NCBI RefSeq assembly: GCF_963921235.1
Contig: NC_086108.1
Span: 46,192,001-46,256,000, forward strand
Length of the DNA stretch: 64,000 bases
Source of the DNA: Mobula hypostoma
Taxonomy: Eukaryota
Direction: 5' to 3'
Shown here: piece by piece, positions 1 to 13,134 of the stretch
Layout: every line of letters begins with the position of its first letter
Numbering within the stretch: the stretch's first letter is position 1
The notes under the pieces: generated by a model
Told to the model about the DNA's origin: nothing
Seen by the model: only the letters and a program-made list of their open reading frames with translations
Databases searched by the model: none
Translations under genes and position numbers: made by a program

Positions 1-9
1 ACAGTATCT

Positions 10-418
10 TTTACCCCAGTGTTGAAATGTATACTACCTGAGTGCATGCATTTAAGGTGAGAGGGGCAAGTTTTTACTCAGAGAGTGGGGGGGTGGGTGC
101 CTGAAATGTGTTGCCTGGGGTAGTGGCAGAGGCAGACATTTAGATAGGCATTTGAATATGAAGAAAATGGAAGGATATGGACATTGTGTAGGCAGAAGAG
201 ATTAGTTTAGTTGGCCATTTGATTATTAATGGTTCAGCACAGTATTGCGGGCCAAAGGGCCTGTTTCTGTGCTGAACTGTTCTATGTTTTAAATTTGGAT
301 AGGTACATGGATGGGAGGAGTTTGGAGACTATGGTCTGGGACTAGGTAGAATAATAGTTCAGCATGGACTAGATGGGCCAAAGGGCCTGTTTCTGTGCTG
401 TAGTGTTCTATGACTCTA
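10..418 (+). mobile_element. Two stacked CR1 LINE 3' ends
   Basis: CR1 3' UTR motif gggccaaagggcctgtttctgtgctg..tctatg occurs twice (~249 and ~375), preceded by the FTQRVV-type ORF2 tail. Confidence 0.8.
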
Positions 419-649
419 TTTAGACATATTGCTGAAGGTTATATAGAAATAAAGACACAAGTTAAAATAAAACATAGTCTACAAATCATGTTTATATGGA
501 TGGTGTATTGCTTTGCTTTGTTACAGTAAAGTTTCATGGAAATGAGTTGTAACGCTGGGCATGCAGGTGGTGACAGAATGGGAATGTGAACAAGAACTAA
601 TATGAGAGGCAATGGGAAACTCAGGTCTCTCCATAGACTGATGCAGGAT

Positions 650-1040
650 CAGCCCTTCATTCTCCATTTGGACACATTGAAGCCTACTGAACTAAATAAC
701 AAAGGCCACAATTTCTGATAATTCACTTTCCCTGTCAACAGGCCATTCCTGCTGCAAGTCATTCCGACCTGCTACTTGCAACACTTCACACTGCTTTGGC
801 ACCCCCGAACAGCTCCATTAACACTCATCCCACAGCATTCTTGCCTCAACCATCTGCAGATATTCATCCCTCCCCCTCAACCATCACCGATCACCTTCTT
901 TACAACTTAAAATTCAGTTGTTTTTCTCTCCATCCCAGTTCTGATTGACCAGTCCTCTTTCCAAAGATGCTGTTTGACTTGCTGAGTGTTTCCAGCAGTT
1001 TCTAGTTTTGTTTCAGATTTCCAGCATCTGCAGTATTTTA
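650..1040 (+). mobile_element. Penelope-like element 3' remnant
   Basis: Degenerate LIFxLGTLxPxGLN-type C-terminus followed by the terminal agatgctg..ctgctgag..tccagca..gatttccagcatctgcag motif shared with other copies in the window. Confidence 0.6.
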
Positions 1041-1056
1041 GTTTTCATATCCTTAC

Positions 1057-1121
1057 TTCCCCCATTTACTAGCTGCGGCACCAGGAAACCAAGATTCAGA
1101 GCAAGACGCAGATATCCAAAA
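1057..1121 (-). other. Candidate spliced exon of an unidentified gene
   Basis: Acceptor ttttattctctag and donor GAA|gtaagg enclose 65 nt of apparently non-repeat sequence ending in ATG GGG GAA. No recognised protein. Confidence 0.35.
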
Positions 1122-1542
1122 CTAGAGAATAAAACTAATTAAGCACCCCAAAGCAGCTTAATTGTGTCCACTATTATTTGTAGAATTTGGGTGCAGTGCT
1201 CTTTGTGTTCTTGCTGAAGATCTGCTCACACTGTGTTCCTAGTGACACATTACGCTCTTGTATTCAGACTAATTGAGAAATATTATTCTAGTGCTGGGAG
1301 TACAGCACGACCATTAGTGGATAATCCCAGAGTTATTGCAGGGCCAAGAAGTTTTGGTGTCACTCATTTTTCCAACTCATTGTTTTGGACTCCAGCAGGT
1401 AAAGTCAAAGCAACATATCCCCTTTGGTTGCTTGAATAATAGTCGAGGCACTTGTATGCTATGAAGAAAACTACATACAAATACAATAAATATTACTGAC
1501 ATAGCATGATATATCATTAATAAGTTACCACGAAAAGACAAT

Positions 1543-3620
1543 GTTCGAAGTTCAAAGTGAATTTATTATCAGAGTACATACATGTTGCCACATATAACCC
1601 TGAGATTCTTTTCCTGCAGGCACCCTCAGCAAATCTATAAATTAGTAACTATAACTGGATCAATGGAAGCTCAAGTAGTGCCTAGAAGACTACAAATATA
1701 AATAGATATAAATAATTAACAAGAGCATGAAATAACAAGATAAAATGTCCTTCAAATGAGATCATTGGTGGTGGGAACACCTCAATAGATGAATGTAGTT
1801 ATCCTCTTTGTTCAAGACCCTGAAAGCTGAGGGGTAGTAACTGTTCCTAAACCTGGTGTTGTGAGTCCTGAGGCTTGTGTACCTTCTACCTGATGGCAGC
1901 AGTGAGAAAAGAGCATGGCCTGGGTGGTGAGGGTCTTTGATGGTTGACGCTGCTTTTCTACAGCAACGTTTCATGTAGATGTACACAATGGTTGGGAGGG
2001 CTTTAGCTGTGATGAATCCACCTCCTTTTGTAGGATTTCGTGTTCAAAGGCATTGGTGTTCCCATAGCAGATGCAGCCAGTCAGTACACTCTCCACTGCA
2101 TATCTATAGAAGTTAGTCAAAATTTTTCATGTCATGACAAATTTTCATAGACTCCTGAGGAAGTAGAGACACTGTCATGCTGTCTTTGCAATTACCTTTA
2201 TATGATGGGTCCAGAACAGGCCCTCTGTGATAATAACACGCAGGAATTTAAAGTTACTGAGCCTCTCCACCTCTGATCCACCGATGTGGACTGTTTCATG
2301 GAAACTTCTGGTTTCCCTTTCCTGAAGTCTACAATCAGTTCTTTGGTTTTGCTGACCTTGAGTGAAAGGTGGTTGTTCTGACACCACTCAGCCAAATTTT
2401 CAGTCTCCCTCCTGTTTGCTGATTCATCACCACCTTTGATACAGCCCACAACAATCATGTCCTCAGCAAACTTGTACATGGTGTTAGAGCTGTACCTAGC
2501 CACACAGTCATAGGAGTAAAGTGAGTAGATCAGGGGGCTAAGCACACATCCCTGTGGTGCACCTGTGCTGATGAAGATTGTGGAGGAGACGTTTTTGTCA
2601 ATCCAAACTGACCAGGGTCTGCAAGTCAGGAAATCAAAGATCCAATTGCACATGGAGGTATAACTGCTCTTGGAGTTTACTGGTTAGTTTTGAGGGGCTG
2701 ATGGTATTGAATGCTGAGCTGTATTCGATAGAGAGCATCCAGATGTATGCATCTTTGCTGTCCAGATGTTCCAGATTTGTGTGAAGGGCAATGAGGTTTC
2801 ATCTGATGTGGACCTGTTGCTCCGGTAGGCAAATTGGAGCAGATCCAAGTCACCATTCAGACAGGAGCTGATATGTTTCATCACCAGCCTCTCGAAACAA
2901 CTCATCACTGTGGATGTAGGTGCCACTGGGCGATGGTCATTGAGACAGCTACCACACGCTTTTTGGGCACTCGTATGATTGAAGCCTACTCAATGCAGGT
3001 GTGTACCACACACTGCTAAAGTGAGAGGTAGAAGATCTCCACGAACACACCAGCCAGCTGGTCTGCACAGGTCTTCAATATTCGACCAGGTGCCCCATCC
3101 AGACCAGATGCTTCAATATTCGACCAGGTACCCCGTCCAGACCAGTACCCCCATGTCTCCTTCAGATACTGAGACCAAAGGATCATTGGGAGATGTGGGG
3201 GTGCTCAATGGTTCCTCCATGTTCTGGTGGTCAAAGTGAGCATAGAGGCATTGAGCTCATCTGGAAGTGAAGCTCTTGATTTAACTTTGTGGAGGTTATG
3301 GCATTCAAACCCTGCCACAGCTGTCAAGCATCCCTCGTTGATTCCAGTCTCATCTGGAATCTCCACTTCACCTGTGAGATGATTTTCTGAAGATCATACC
3401 TGCACCTCTTGTAGCATTATTGACCTCCTGTCTTGAATGCCTCTGATCTGGCTCACAGCAAGGTTCAGATTTCGTGGTTCACCCAGACCTTCTGACTGGG
3501 GAAGCTTCTGAACGATTTCATAGGGACACACTCATCTACAGCTGTTTTAATAAAGTCTGTCACGTCCCTGATGTAGCGTTTGAACACGGCCCTGTCCACT
3601 AACTCAAAGCAATCCTAGGA
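1543..3620 (-). mobile_element. Rex1/Babar-type LINE, 5'-truncated and frameshifted
   Basis: RT fragments [45 protein letters not shown] and HPGHALFSLLPSGRRY. Tail aataaa+(ctttgaa)n at the low-coordinate end. Confidence 0.9.
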
Positions 3621-5679
3621 TTGTTTTAGATGAAACATTATAATGTAATTGCCACTGGATTTGAAAGGATAAATTCACATAAATTTGTTGGAAAGAATGT
3701 TTACTCATATTTATGGAAAGTGAAGTGTTTGATAATTCAAGTAAAAAGAACTAGATGTTGTAATTAGTCTATATTTCAAAGCATGGAGTTTGCAGAATAT
3801 ACAAATCATATTTAAATTTTACAAGAAAAAAGATAGCTCAGAACTCCAAAGAATACAATAGTATTATTACAACGAAGACAAGAAGCCTAGAAGCAGAAGA
3901 TATGTAATCTGGTACATATTTATATCTGCAAACTGCATAAATTAATTATAGTTTTAACATTAACATCATGTATAATTCAGTGATTTCATTTCATAATCAA
4001 ATTTCTCATATCCCCCAGCAATAGACAATGATATGTTTAATAGCAAGTAAACAATTCTTGTAAATAGGTTAGCTTGGTTATAGTTCAATACTTTTACTGA
4101 GCTCTGGTATTTTAAATATGACTACTTGCATAAAATTAATAATTTTCATTGTTTTGTGCTTTATAAAATGGAAGACTTATTCCCAATTTCACCACTTTGC
4201 CAATGATCCACAATTACCCTTTATTTGTAAAATGAACCTCAACATTTCAAGACTTCTTGACAACAATTCAGCAATTGTGGGAGGCTATTCAGAAAATGGT
4301 TTCGTAGGATGTTGAAAAGTATGAAGCTTTTTGGCAGAAGACCCTCACGGCTTTCTTTTTAAACAAAATCAACAGAAGATGCCTTTGTTGACCTGAGTGA
4401 CTGTTTGGTATTTAATATTCTAACTTGCTGAGAACTGCAATATTAACCCTGAAGATTGCGATCTTGTTGTCTACTCCAAGGATGGAGTAAATTAGGAATT
4501 GGTCTTTGCTTTGAGGTTGTCTGGTGTGTTGGAAAAATAGGAGTGGCCATGGAACGATACACTGCTATGGAAGACAGTGAGCAAGTGTGGACACAAGGGA
4601 AGAGTTGAAAAACAGGAAGAATTATCCCTGTTCATGAATATCCAAATAGCATATCATTCTAAAAAGTCCATGAACTCATCACTACCTCACTGCTCCTCAT
4701 TTGCATAATTTGTTTTTTTGGAACTCATAGTAATTATTATGCCTTGCACTGTACAGCTGCCACAAAATAACATCTTTCAAGACAAATATCCATGATAATG
4801 ATAAACCTGATTCTGATTTGCTCTTAACTTCTTTTGTGATGTTGCATGGCATTGTAGAATGAAAGGAAATATTTAAAAAGAAAGAGTTATACTTTATAAA
4901 AACTGGAAGAATATAATAGTCTCTGTGTTTCATTTAAAGCATTACTCCCACTCTAGTTCCCATCTGTCTGTAGGCCAGCAATGCAATGGAGAAAGCAGAG
5001 TGCTCCAATTCCCCAGGTGAAGTTAGAGCACTTTTTCCATTTGCCACCCACCATCATAAAATCATGACATTTTACGGTGGTTGAAGATAACAATCAACTT
5101 TTGATTAACATTTCACTAAAAATGAGCAGATTCCTGAACATGACAGTTTTTAAAGTTAAATTTCAAAAGTCAATAAGCTCTTAATAACAACTAGTACCAC
5201 TTACTGCACAGACAACAGCTGATTAGCAGAACGAAAAACCAGAGACAGATCAAAAATGGCTCAGAAATAAAAGTAAGTGTCAGCAGGGACAGGAAATGGA
5301 TAATGTGATTAAGCTATCCAGAAACTGCTAGAAAACATGAATACATAATCAGAGATTGAAAAAAACTGGAGAAGATTCTTACTTGAAGCTATTAAAAGTA
5401 GCAACTACTTGTTTGAGATTTAAATATAAAGATGACTTCATTTAAAACCTCATCAAATTCAAAACAATCTCGGAAATACTTTCTAAACCAGAACAAGAGC
5501 AAAGGTTCAGATATTTTGAAAGGATGGATGAGAGCAAATGTATTTTCTAACCCAGTGCAAGTTGTTTTAAGTCAGTTGCAAATTTGATGGAACATGGAAG
5601 TAAACAAAACAGTGGAGGGTGAGGATGGGAGATGGAGGGTGAGGAATCAGGGGAGTGAAGGATGACCACTGGGATCTGA

Positions 5680-8600
5680 CTGTGTGGAGTTAAGCTGGCT
5701 AGGTCAAATGGAAACCCAGCAACAAATATATGTATATCAGGGATTCTACCCTTTATAAGACAGTGATGATTACTTGGAATTACCCAGGCATGAGAAAGGA
5801 GTTTGCCAGAATTGATTGGAAAAGAACACAGGCAGGGATGATGGCAGAGCAGCAATGACAATTTGGAATTAATGCAGAAGGCACAGGATATATAATTCCC
5901 AAAAAGGAAGAAGTATTCTAAAGGAAAGATGACACAACCGTGGCTAACAAGAGAAGTCAAAGCCAGCATAAAAGCCAAAGAGAGGGCATAAAGTAGAGCA
6001 AAAAATTAGTGGGAAGTTAAAGGATTGGAGGATTGGAAGCTTTTAAAAACTGACAGAAGGCAACTAAAAACATCATTAAGAAGGTAAAGAGGGAATAAGA
6101 AAGTAAGCGAGCCAATAATATTAAAGAGGATACTAGAAGTTTCTTCAGGTACATAAAGTGTAAAGGAGAGGTGAGGGTGGATATCGGAACCCTGGAAAAT
6201 GATGCTGGAGAGGTAGTAATGGCGGGAAGGGTGGGGGGGGGGAACAAGGAAATGGCAGATAAACTGAATAAGTATTTTGCATCAGCTTTCACTGTGGAAA
6301 ACACTAGAAGTTTGGTGGAAGTTCCATGTGTCAGTGATCATGAATGTGTAAAGTTATTATAACCAGGGAGAACGTTCTTGGGAAACTGAAAGCTCTGAAG
6401 GTAGATAAATCACCTGGACCAGATGGGGTATACCCCAGGGTTCTGAAGGAGGTGGCTGAAGAGATTATGGAGGCACTAGTAATGATTTTTCAAGAATCAC
6501 CAAATTCTGGAATGGTTCTCGAAGACTGGAAAATTACAAATGTCACTCCACTCTTCAAGAAGGGAGAGAGGCAGAGGAAAGGAAACTATAGGCCAGTTAG
6601 TCTCACCTCAGTGGTTGTGAAGATGTTGGGGAGTTGTTTATTAAGGATGAGGTCTCAGGATACTTGGAGGCACAAGATAAAGTAGGCCATAGTCAGCATG
6701 GTTTCCGCAAGGGAAATTTTTGCCTGAAATTTTTGAAGAAATGCAAGCAGGGTAGACAAAGGAGAATTGGTTGATGCCGTGTACTTGGATTTTCAGAAGG
6801 CCTTTGACAAGGTGTCATGCATGAGGCTGCTTAACAAGCTGTGAGCCCATGATATTACAGGGAAGTTTCTAGCATGGAGAAAGCAGTAGCTGATTGGCAG
6901 GAAGCAAAGAGTGGGAACAATGGGAGCCTTATCTGGCTGGCTGCCAGTGACTAGTGTTGTTCTACAGGGGTCTGTGTTGGGACCAATTCTTTTCACATTG
7001 TATGTCAATGATTTGGATGATGGAAATCATGGCTTTACTGCAATGTTTGTAGACAATATGAAGAGAGGTGGAGGGGCAGGTGGTTTTGAGGTAGAAAGGC
7101 TGCAGAAAGACCAATTAGGAGAATGGACAAAGAAGTGGCAGATGGAATACAATGTCAGGAAGTGTATGGTCATGCATTTTGTTAGAAGAAATGAAAGGGT
7201 AAACTATTTTCTAAATGGAGAGAAAAAACAAAAAAACTGAGGTGCAAAGGGACTTGGCAATTCTTGTGCAGAATTCACCGAAGATTAATTTTGGTGAGGA
7301 AGGCCAATGCAATGTTAGCATTCACTTCATCATCATCAGGTGCCATGCCCAGTTTGAGCTTTGACGGCCATGGCCCACACACTCCTGTTTCGGGTCAAGT
7401 GGATCAATTCATTGGTATTCATTTCCAGTCCTCTGGCTGCTGTCTCCATCATCATTTGTCTTTGTCTTCGTCTTGCTTTCTTCCCTTCAATCTTTCCCAT
7501 AATTACCATGTATTCTAACTCCTCTTTCCTAATCACATGTCCAATGAAGTTACTTTGCCTTTTCATGATCTCATGCATTATTTCTCTTTTTGTGTTTGCT
7601 TTGTTCATGACATCCTCATTAGATATTCGTTTCATCCATGATATTCTTTGCATACTCCTCAAAAACCATATCTCTGCTTCTACAGTTTGTTTCCTCGTAT
7701 TACTAGATATTGTCCAACATTCTGAGCCATATAACATAACTGGATAAATGTAACGTTTCAGTTCTCTGAGTTGGGTTGTCATGCCTAGTTAAGTATTGGT
7801 CAGTATACTCTTCATTCTCGTAAAGGTGTCTTTTGCCATCCCTATTCTTCTTTTGATGTCCAAGTCGCACCTGCCATCTTATGTCACCCAGCTTCCTAAG
7901 TAGCAAAAGTTCTGTACTTGTTTTATGTCTTCCCCGTTTATTCTCAGCCTGCAGATAGGATTCTCCTTCTTTTTGGATATCACCATACATTCTGTCTTTT
8001 TGCAATTGATAGATAGACCCATTTTTGCACTTTCTTCAACAATTACATCAATTAAGTTTTGTAGTTCTTCCTCCATACTTGCAATTCAAGCATTCACTTC
8101 AAGAGGAATAAAATATAAAAGCAAGGATGTAAAGTTGAGTCTTTATAAAGCACTGGTGAGGCATCACTTTGAGTATTGTGAGTAGATTTGGGGCCCTTAC
8201 CTTAGAAAGGATGTGCTGAAACTGGAGAGGGTTCAAAGGAGATTCATGAAAATGGTTCCAGGATTGAATGGCTTGTCATATGGAGAGTGTTTGATGGTTC
8301 TGGGCCTGTATTCACTGAAATTCAGGGAATGTGGGGTGACCTCATTGAAACCTATTGAATTGTGAAAGGCCTTGATGGAGTGGATGTGGAGAGGATGTTT
8401 CCTATGGTGGGAAGGTCTGGGACCAGAGGACACAGCCTGAGAATAGAGGTCTCTCCTTTTAGAATGGAGATGAGGAGGAATTTCTTTAGCCAGAGAGCAG
8501 TGAATCTGTGGAATTCGTTGCTACAGGCAGCTGTGGAGGCCAAGTCTTTATCTATATTTAAGGCAGAGGTTGATAGATTCTTGATTGGTCAAGGCATAAA

Positions 8601-8722
8601 GGGATATGGGGAGAAGACACGAGGCTGGGGCTGAGAAGAAAATGGGATCAGCCATGATGAAATGGCGGAGCAGACTCGATAGTCAAATGGCCTAATTCTG
8701 CTCCTATATGGTCGTATGGTCT
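5680..8722 (+). mobile_element. CR1 LINE ORF2 remnant, interrupted by an RTE element
   Basis: KSPGPDGVYPRVLKE, GNYRPVSLTSVV, QGSVLGPILF, NFFSQRAVNLWNSL and the CR1 3' UTR. Confidence 0.92.
7330..8088 (-). mobile_element. RTE-clade LINE, 5'-truncated, with 13-bp TSD
   Basis: GLSINCKKTECM, FCYLGS, PVMLYGSECWT, FIGHVIR and GKIEGKKARRRQR. (TGA)n tail. TSD AGCATTCACTTCA at 7317-7329 and 8089-8101. Confidence 0.92.
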
Positions 8723-11166
8723 TACTTTAGAAAGCAAACTTTTGCAGAGAAACAGCCTATCAACACAACTTCATTGTACGTACAACATTGCAGGGTAGTA
8801 TATCTGAGTAAACATGAACAATGATCACAATCCAGTGCTCTTGGGTTGAGGTTTATTTCTATTATTTTCTGCATGCAAAAAGAAACATGTTTGTATTGAG
8901 TGAGGAAAGCTTTGTCCCATCTGATTGCTCCTGTAGACTACCAATATCTGAGAGACATCAGCCAGAAAGACTAAACATTTCAGGAAACAAAGAGAAGGAA
9001 GTCATGAACAAAAAAGATTCTGATCCTGGACTCAAAAGATAACACCCCCTTTCTGACATTTAAATACATTTGCAAAAATTCAAAGGTACAGCTGACATAA
9101 TGTGACTCACCTCCAGATTCAACCATGTGGTAAACAAATCACCAACTAACTACCCTTCTTACCTACAGCTGTACTGCTAGGAAAACCCATGGGATGATTC
9201 TGAACTATGCTTAGCAATAACAGGAGGAAGTCATACCGAAGTAGCTTATGTGCTAAGACCCAGATCATACATATTAAATTTTTTAATAATTCAGAATTGT
9301 ATATTCCTGAAATTTACCAGGAAGCATTAAATCTTTATTGCAGTACCAAGCTAAAAATGAGTAGCACACAGCCATTACTGTACAAAAATGTAGGATTTTA
9401 GTGAAAAACAGTAAATGAGGAATTTGACTGAGTTTGGTTTACCTGCCAAGCAGGAACATATCCATCTCTGGATGTTAATATTACAGACGTACAGTACTTG
9501 TCTGGTACTCTATTCAATTACTAAATCCAGTTACTGGGGCAACTCTACCCTGGGGATTCTGTGGTTTACACTTAACACAGCAACAGCTCTGAAATAACGA
9601 AGGGCAATTGGATTTCTGTCAGAACTTGTTTCTTCTGTAAAACTGAGATCCTGGCAGCAGATATAATGGGCATTATTTTATGAGGTTGGAACTCAGCTAA
9701 CCAGGATGAATATATTTTCCAATATTGGACTAACTCACTGAGGTGTGGAACATTTTGATTGTATTTCAAGATATTGTGTCAATGTGCAAGTGAGAGGAAA
9801 GTATTTACAATAAGAAATTCCAACTCACAAAACCCACCAGAGAATCTAAAATTAAAACCATTGTGTTTAAGTATGGTATTGAGGGCACCAGTCTACCAAT
9901 TTATTGCTTAATGTTGTTCATGGGAAATCTAATGTAGAAGCAGTTCCTTCACACATCGTTTCAAAAATATAACCTGAGCTCACAGTTGTCAGAAATCTGC
10001 TGCTGTACAAGAACATTCTCATCTTAAATACATCTTAACCAGTCACTAAGTTTGGCTGCATTCCTGCCTGAAGGCATGATTCTGGAATGACCCTGTGGGG
10101 AGTAACACTTCCATCTTCCTCTCAAAGGGAATGCATGACAGTGTTTCCTCAAGATGGAGTAAACAGTCCTTGCCTCTCTGCTAGACCACCATGGTGGTCA
10201 GAATCATTCTGATTTTTGATATGTAGCCAAAAGGTGGAGGTGGTCCTACCCAACGTTCAAACCAGCATCAGCAACAGCACCCCTAGACTCTGTGAGGGAG
10301 TGCAAACCCTGATGTTTGCCTTAACAACAAAGGAAGTTTCCAGTGATTTCTTTATCGAAAAGTTCTAAAAATGTTTCCCCAGAGAAAGGCTACAACCTAC
10401 ATCTTTAGGTGTTTGGGGATAGATTTATTGATTCACTCTGGCAGTTTCTGCTGCACCTTCACCTTGATCCTACCAATTTTCACAGGTTCATGGGACTAGT
10501 TCAGTAGCAGACACATCGCAACGCTGAGAAATGAATGTATTTCCAAATTGTTTATTGGGTTCAACATTATATGCAACAAAAATCACAAACTGCTTACACA
10601 GGGAAAGAGGCTATTTGGCCCATCAAGCCTCTACTAGTTTCACACAAGAGCAATACAGCATATCCCCTATAGCCTGGAAAGCACTTTTCTTCCAGATACT
10701 TATCATCTCCCTTCCAAATGATAAAACTGAATCTGCCTCCAGTCAAACCACAAAAGCACATTTCAGACCTAATCACTCACTTCATAAAAATGTTTCTTCC
10801 CATCTCAGTATTGGCTGTTTCATCCATCACCTTCATTCCAGGTCTACTGATTCTCGACAACTCCACCAACAGCAATAGTTTCTCTCCACCTACTCTGCTA
10901 CACACTTTAACATCTCCATCAGATCCATGCATACATAACTTTGATGGTCCCTTCAGCTCTGTTTATGGAATGCACATTTATGTAAAATGGGAAAAGATAT
11001 TTTTCAATGCCTGCAATGCACATAAAGTACATCTTGCAAATTCCCACAAGTAAAGTCTGCAGAAGACAAATGTCTCCCTAATCCTGAAGAGACTCAAAAA
11101 ATCTACGCTGCAACATCAACCCAAAGCAAACTTTGCAACCTACGTTAGGTAATGATACAAATTACT

Positions 11167-12472
11167 TAAGACCATAAGACATAGGAGCAGAATTAGGCCA
11201 TTCAGCCCATCAAGTCTGCTCCACCATTTCATCATGGATGATCCTGGATCCCATTCAACCCCATACAGCTGCCTTCTCGCCAAATCAGGAAACGATCAAC
11301 TTCTGCCTTAAATATACCCACAGACTTGGCCTCTACCATAGTCTGTGGCAGAGCATTCCACAGGTTCACTACTGTTGACTAAAAAAAATCCTCCTTACAT
11401 CTGTCCTAAAAGATCATCCTCGATTTTGAGGCTGTGCCCTCTAGTTCTGGATATCCCCACCATAGGAAACATCCTCTCCACATCCACCCTATCTAGTCCT
11501 TTCAACATTCGGTAGGTTTCAATGAGATTCCCCCACATGAGTATGGGTCCAAAGCTGCCAAACGCTCCTCATATGTTAACCCCTTCATTACCGGAATCAT
11601 CCTCATGAACCTCCTCTGGACTCTCTCTAATGACAATACATCCTTTCTGAGATATGGGGCCCAAAACTGTTGACAATACTCAAAGTGCAGCCTGACTAGC
11701 ATCTTTTAAAGCCTCAGCATTATCTCCTTGCTTTTATATTCCCCTTGAAATAAATGCAAACATTGCATTTGCCTTCTGTACCACAGACTTAACCTGTAAA
11801 TTAACCTTCTGAGAGTCTTGTACAAAGTCCCTCTGCACCTCTGATGTTTGAAACTTCTCCCCATTTAGATAATGATCCACACTATTACCAAAATGCACGA
11901 TAATACATTTCCCAACACTATATTCCATCTGCCACTTTCCATTTTGTCTAAGTCCTGTTGCAATCACGTTGCTTCCTCGGCACTACCTACCCCTCCACCT
12001 ATCTTCATATCATCTGCAAACCTTGCCACAAAGCCATCAATTCCATCATCCAAGTTATTGACAATGTGAAAAGTAGCAGTCCCAATACTGACCCCTGAGG
12101 AACACCACGAGTCAACAGCAGCTAACCAGAAAAGGCTCCTTTTATTCCCACTCACTGCCTCCTGCCTGTCAGCCATTCCTTTATCCATGCCAGTATCTTT
12201 CCTGTAACGCCATAGGGTTTATATCTTGTTAAACAGGCTCCTGTGTGGCACCTTATCAAACGTCTGCTGAAAATCCAAGTAAGTGACATCCACTGCCTTC
12301 CTTTATCCACCCTGTTTGTTACTTCTTCGATTTGTCAGGCAAGACTTCCCTTTTCAGAAACCATGCTGACTTTAACTTAATTTATCATTAGTCTCCAAGT
12401 ACCCTGAAAGCTCATCCTTAATAATAGACTCCAACACTTTCCCAACCACTGAGGTTAGGCTAACTGGCCTAC
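11167..12472 (-). mobile_element. CR1 LINE 3' part
   Basis: FADDMKIGG, KWQMEYSVGKC, LEYCxQFWAPYLRKD-type fragments and the CR1 3' tail. Confidence 0.9.
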
Positions 12473-12496
12473 AATGTATAAATTACTTCATTGTTT

Positions 12497-12712
12497 TTAA
12501 TTTATTGAGATACAGTGCAGAATAGACCCTTCTGCCGCTTTGAGCCGTGTTGCCCAGCAATCCCCGATTTAACCTAATCGTGGGACAAATTACAGTGACC
12601 AATTAACCAATCAACTGCTACGTTCTTGGACTGTGGGAGAAAACTGAAGCACCCAGAGGAAACCCGTGCGGACACAGGGAGAACGTACAAACTCCTTACG
12701 GACAGTGGCAGG
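12497..12712 (-). mobile_element. V-SINE-like SINE fragment
   Basis: Conserved block gcacccagaggaaacccgtgcggacacagggagaacgtacaaactcc. Related copies at ~33975-34230 and ~48858-49170. Confidence 0.7.
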
Positions 12713-13134
12713 GATGACAACTCCATGTAGGTCAGACTAGATTATTGAATAATTATTGAGTAAATTAAGTATTTACATTCACAGTGCTCCCTTTGGAAGT
12801 TTTCATTTTTTACTGTTTTACAACATTGAATCATTGTGGATTTAATTTAGTTATTTTTGACACTGATCAACAGAAGAAGTCTCTTTAGTGTCAAAGTGAA
12901 CTAAATTAACTACAAATATAAAACACAAAATAATTGATTGCATAAGTATTTACCCCTCTTTAATATGACACACCAAATTATCCTTGGTGCAACCAATTGG
13001 TTTCAGAAGTCATATATTTAATTAAATGGAGATCACTGGGTGTAGTCAGGGTGTTTCAACTGATTGCGGTAAAGATACACTTGTATCTGGAAGGACCACT
13101 GCTGGTGAGTCAGTATCCTGGCAAAAACTACACC

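Noticed and set aside
4118..4400. Short ORFs on both strands in unique sequence
   Set aside because: No consistent splice sites; frames are closed by stops.
8821..9042. 73-aa ORF with a possible internal acceptor
   Set aside because: No homology recognised and no supporting exons.
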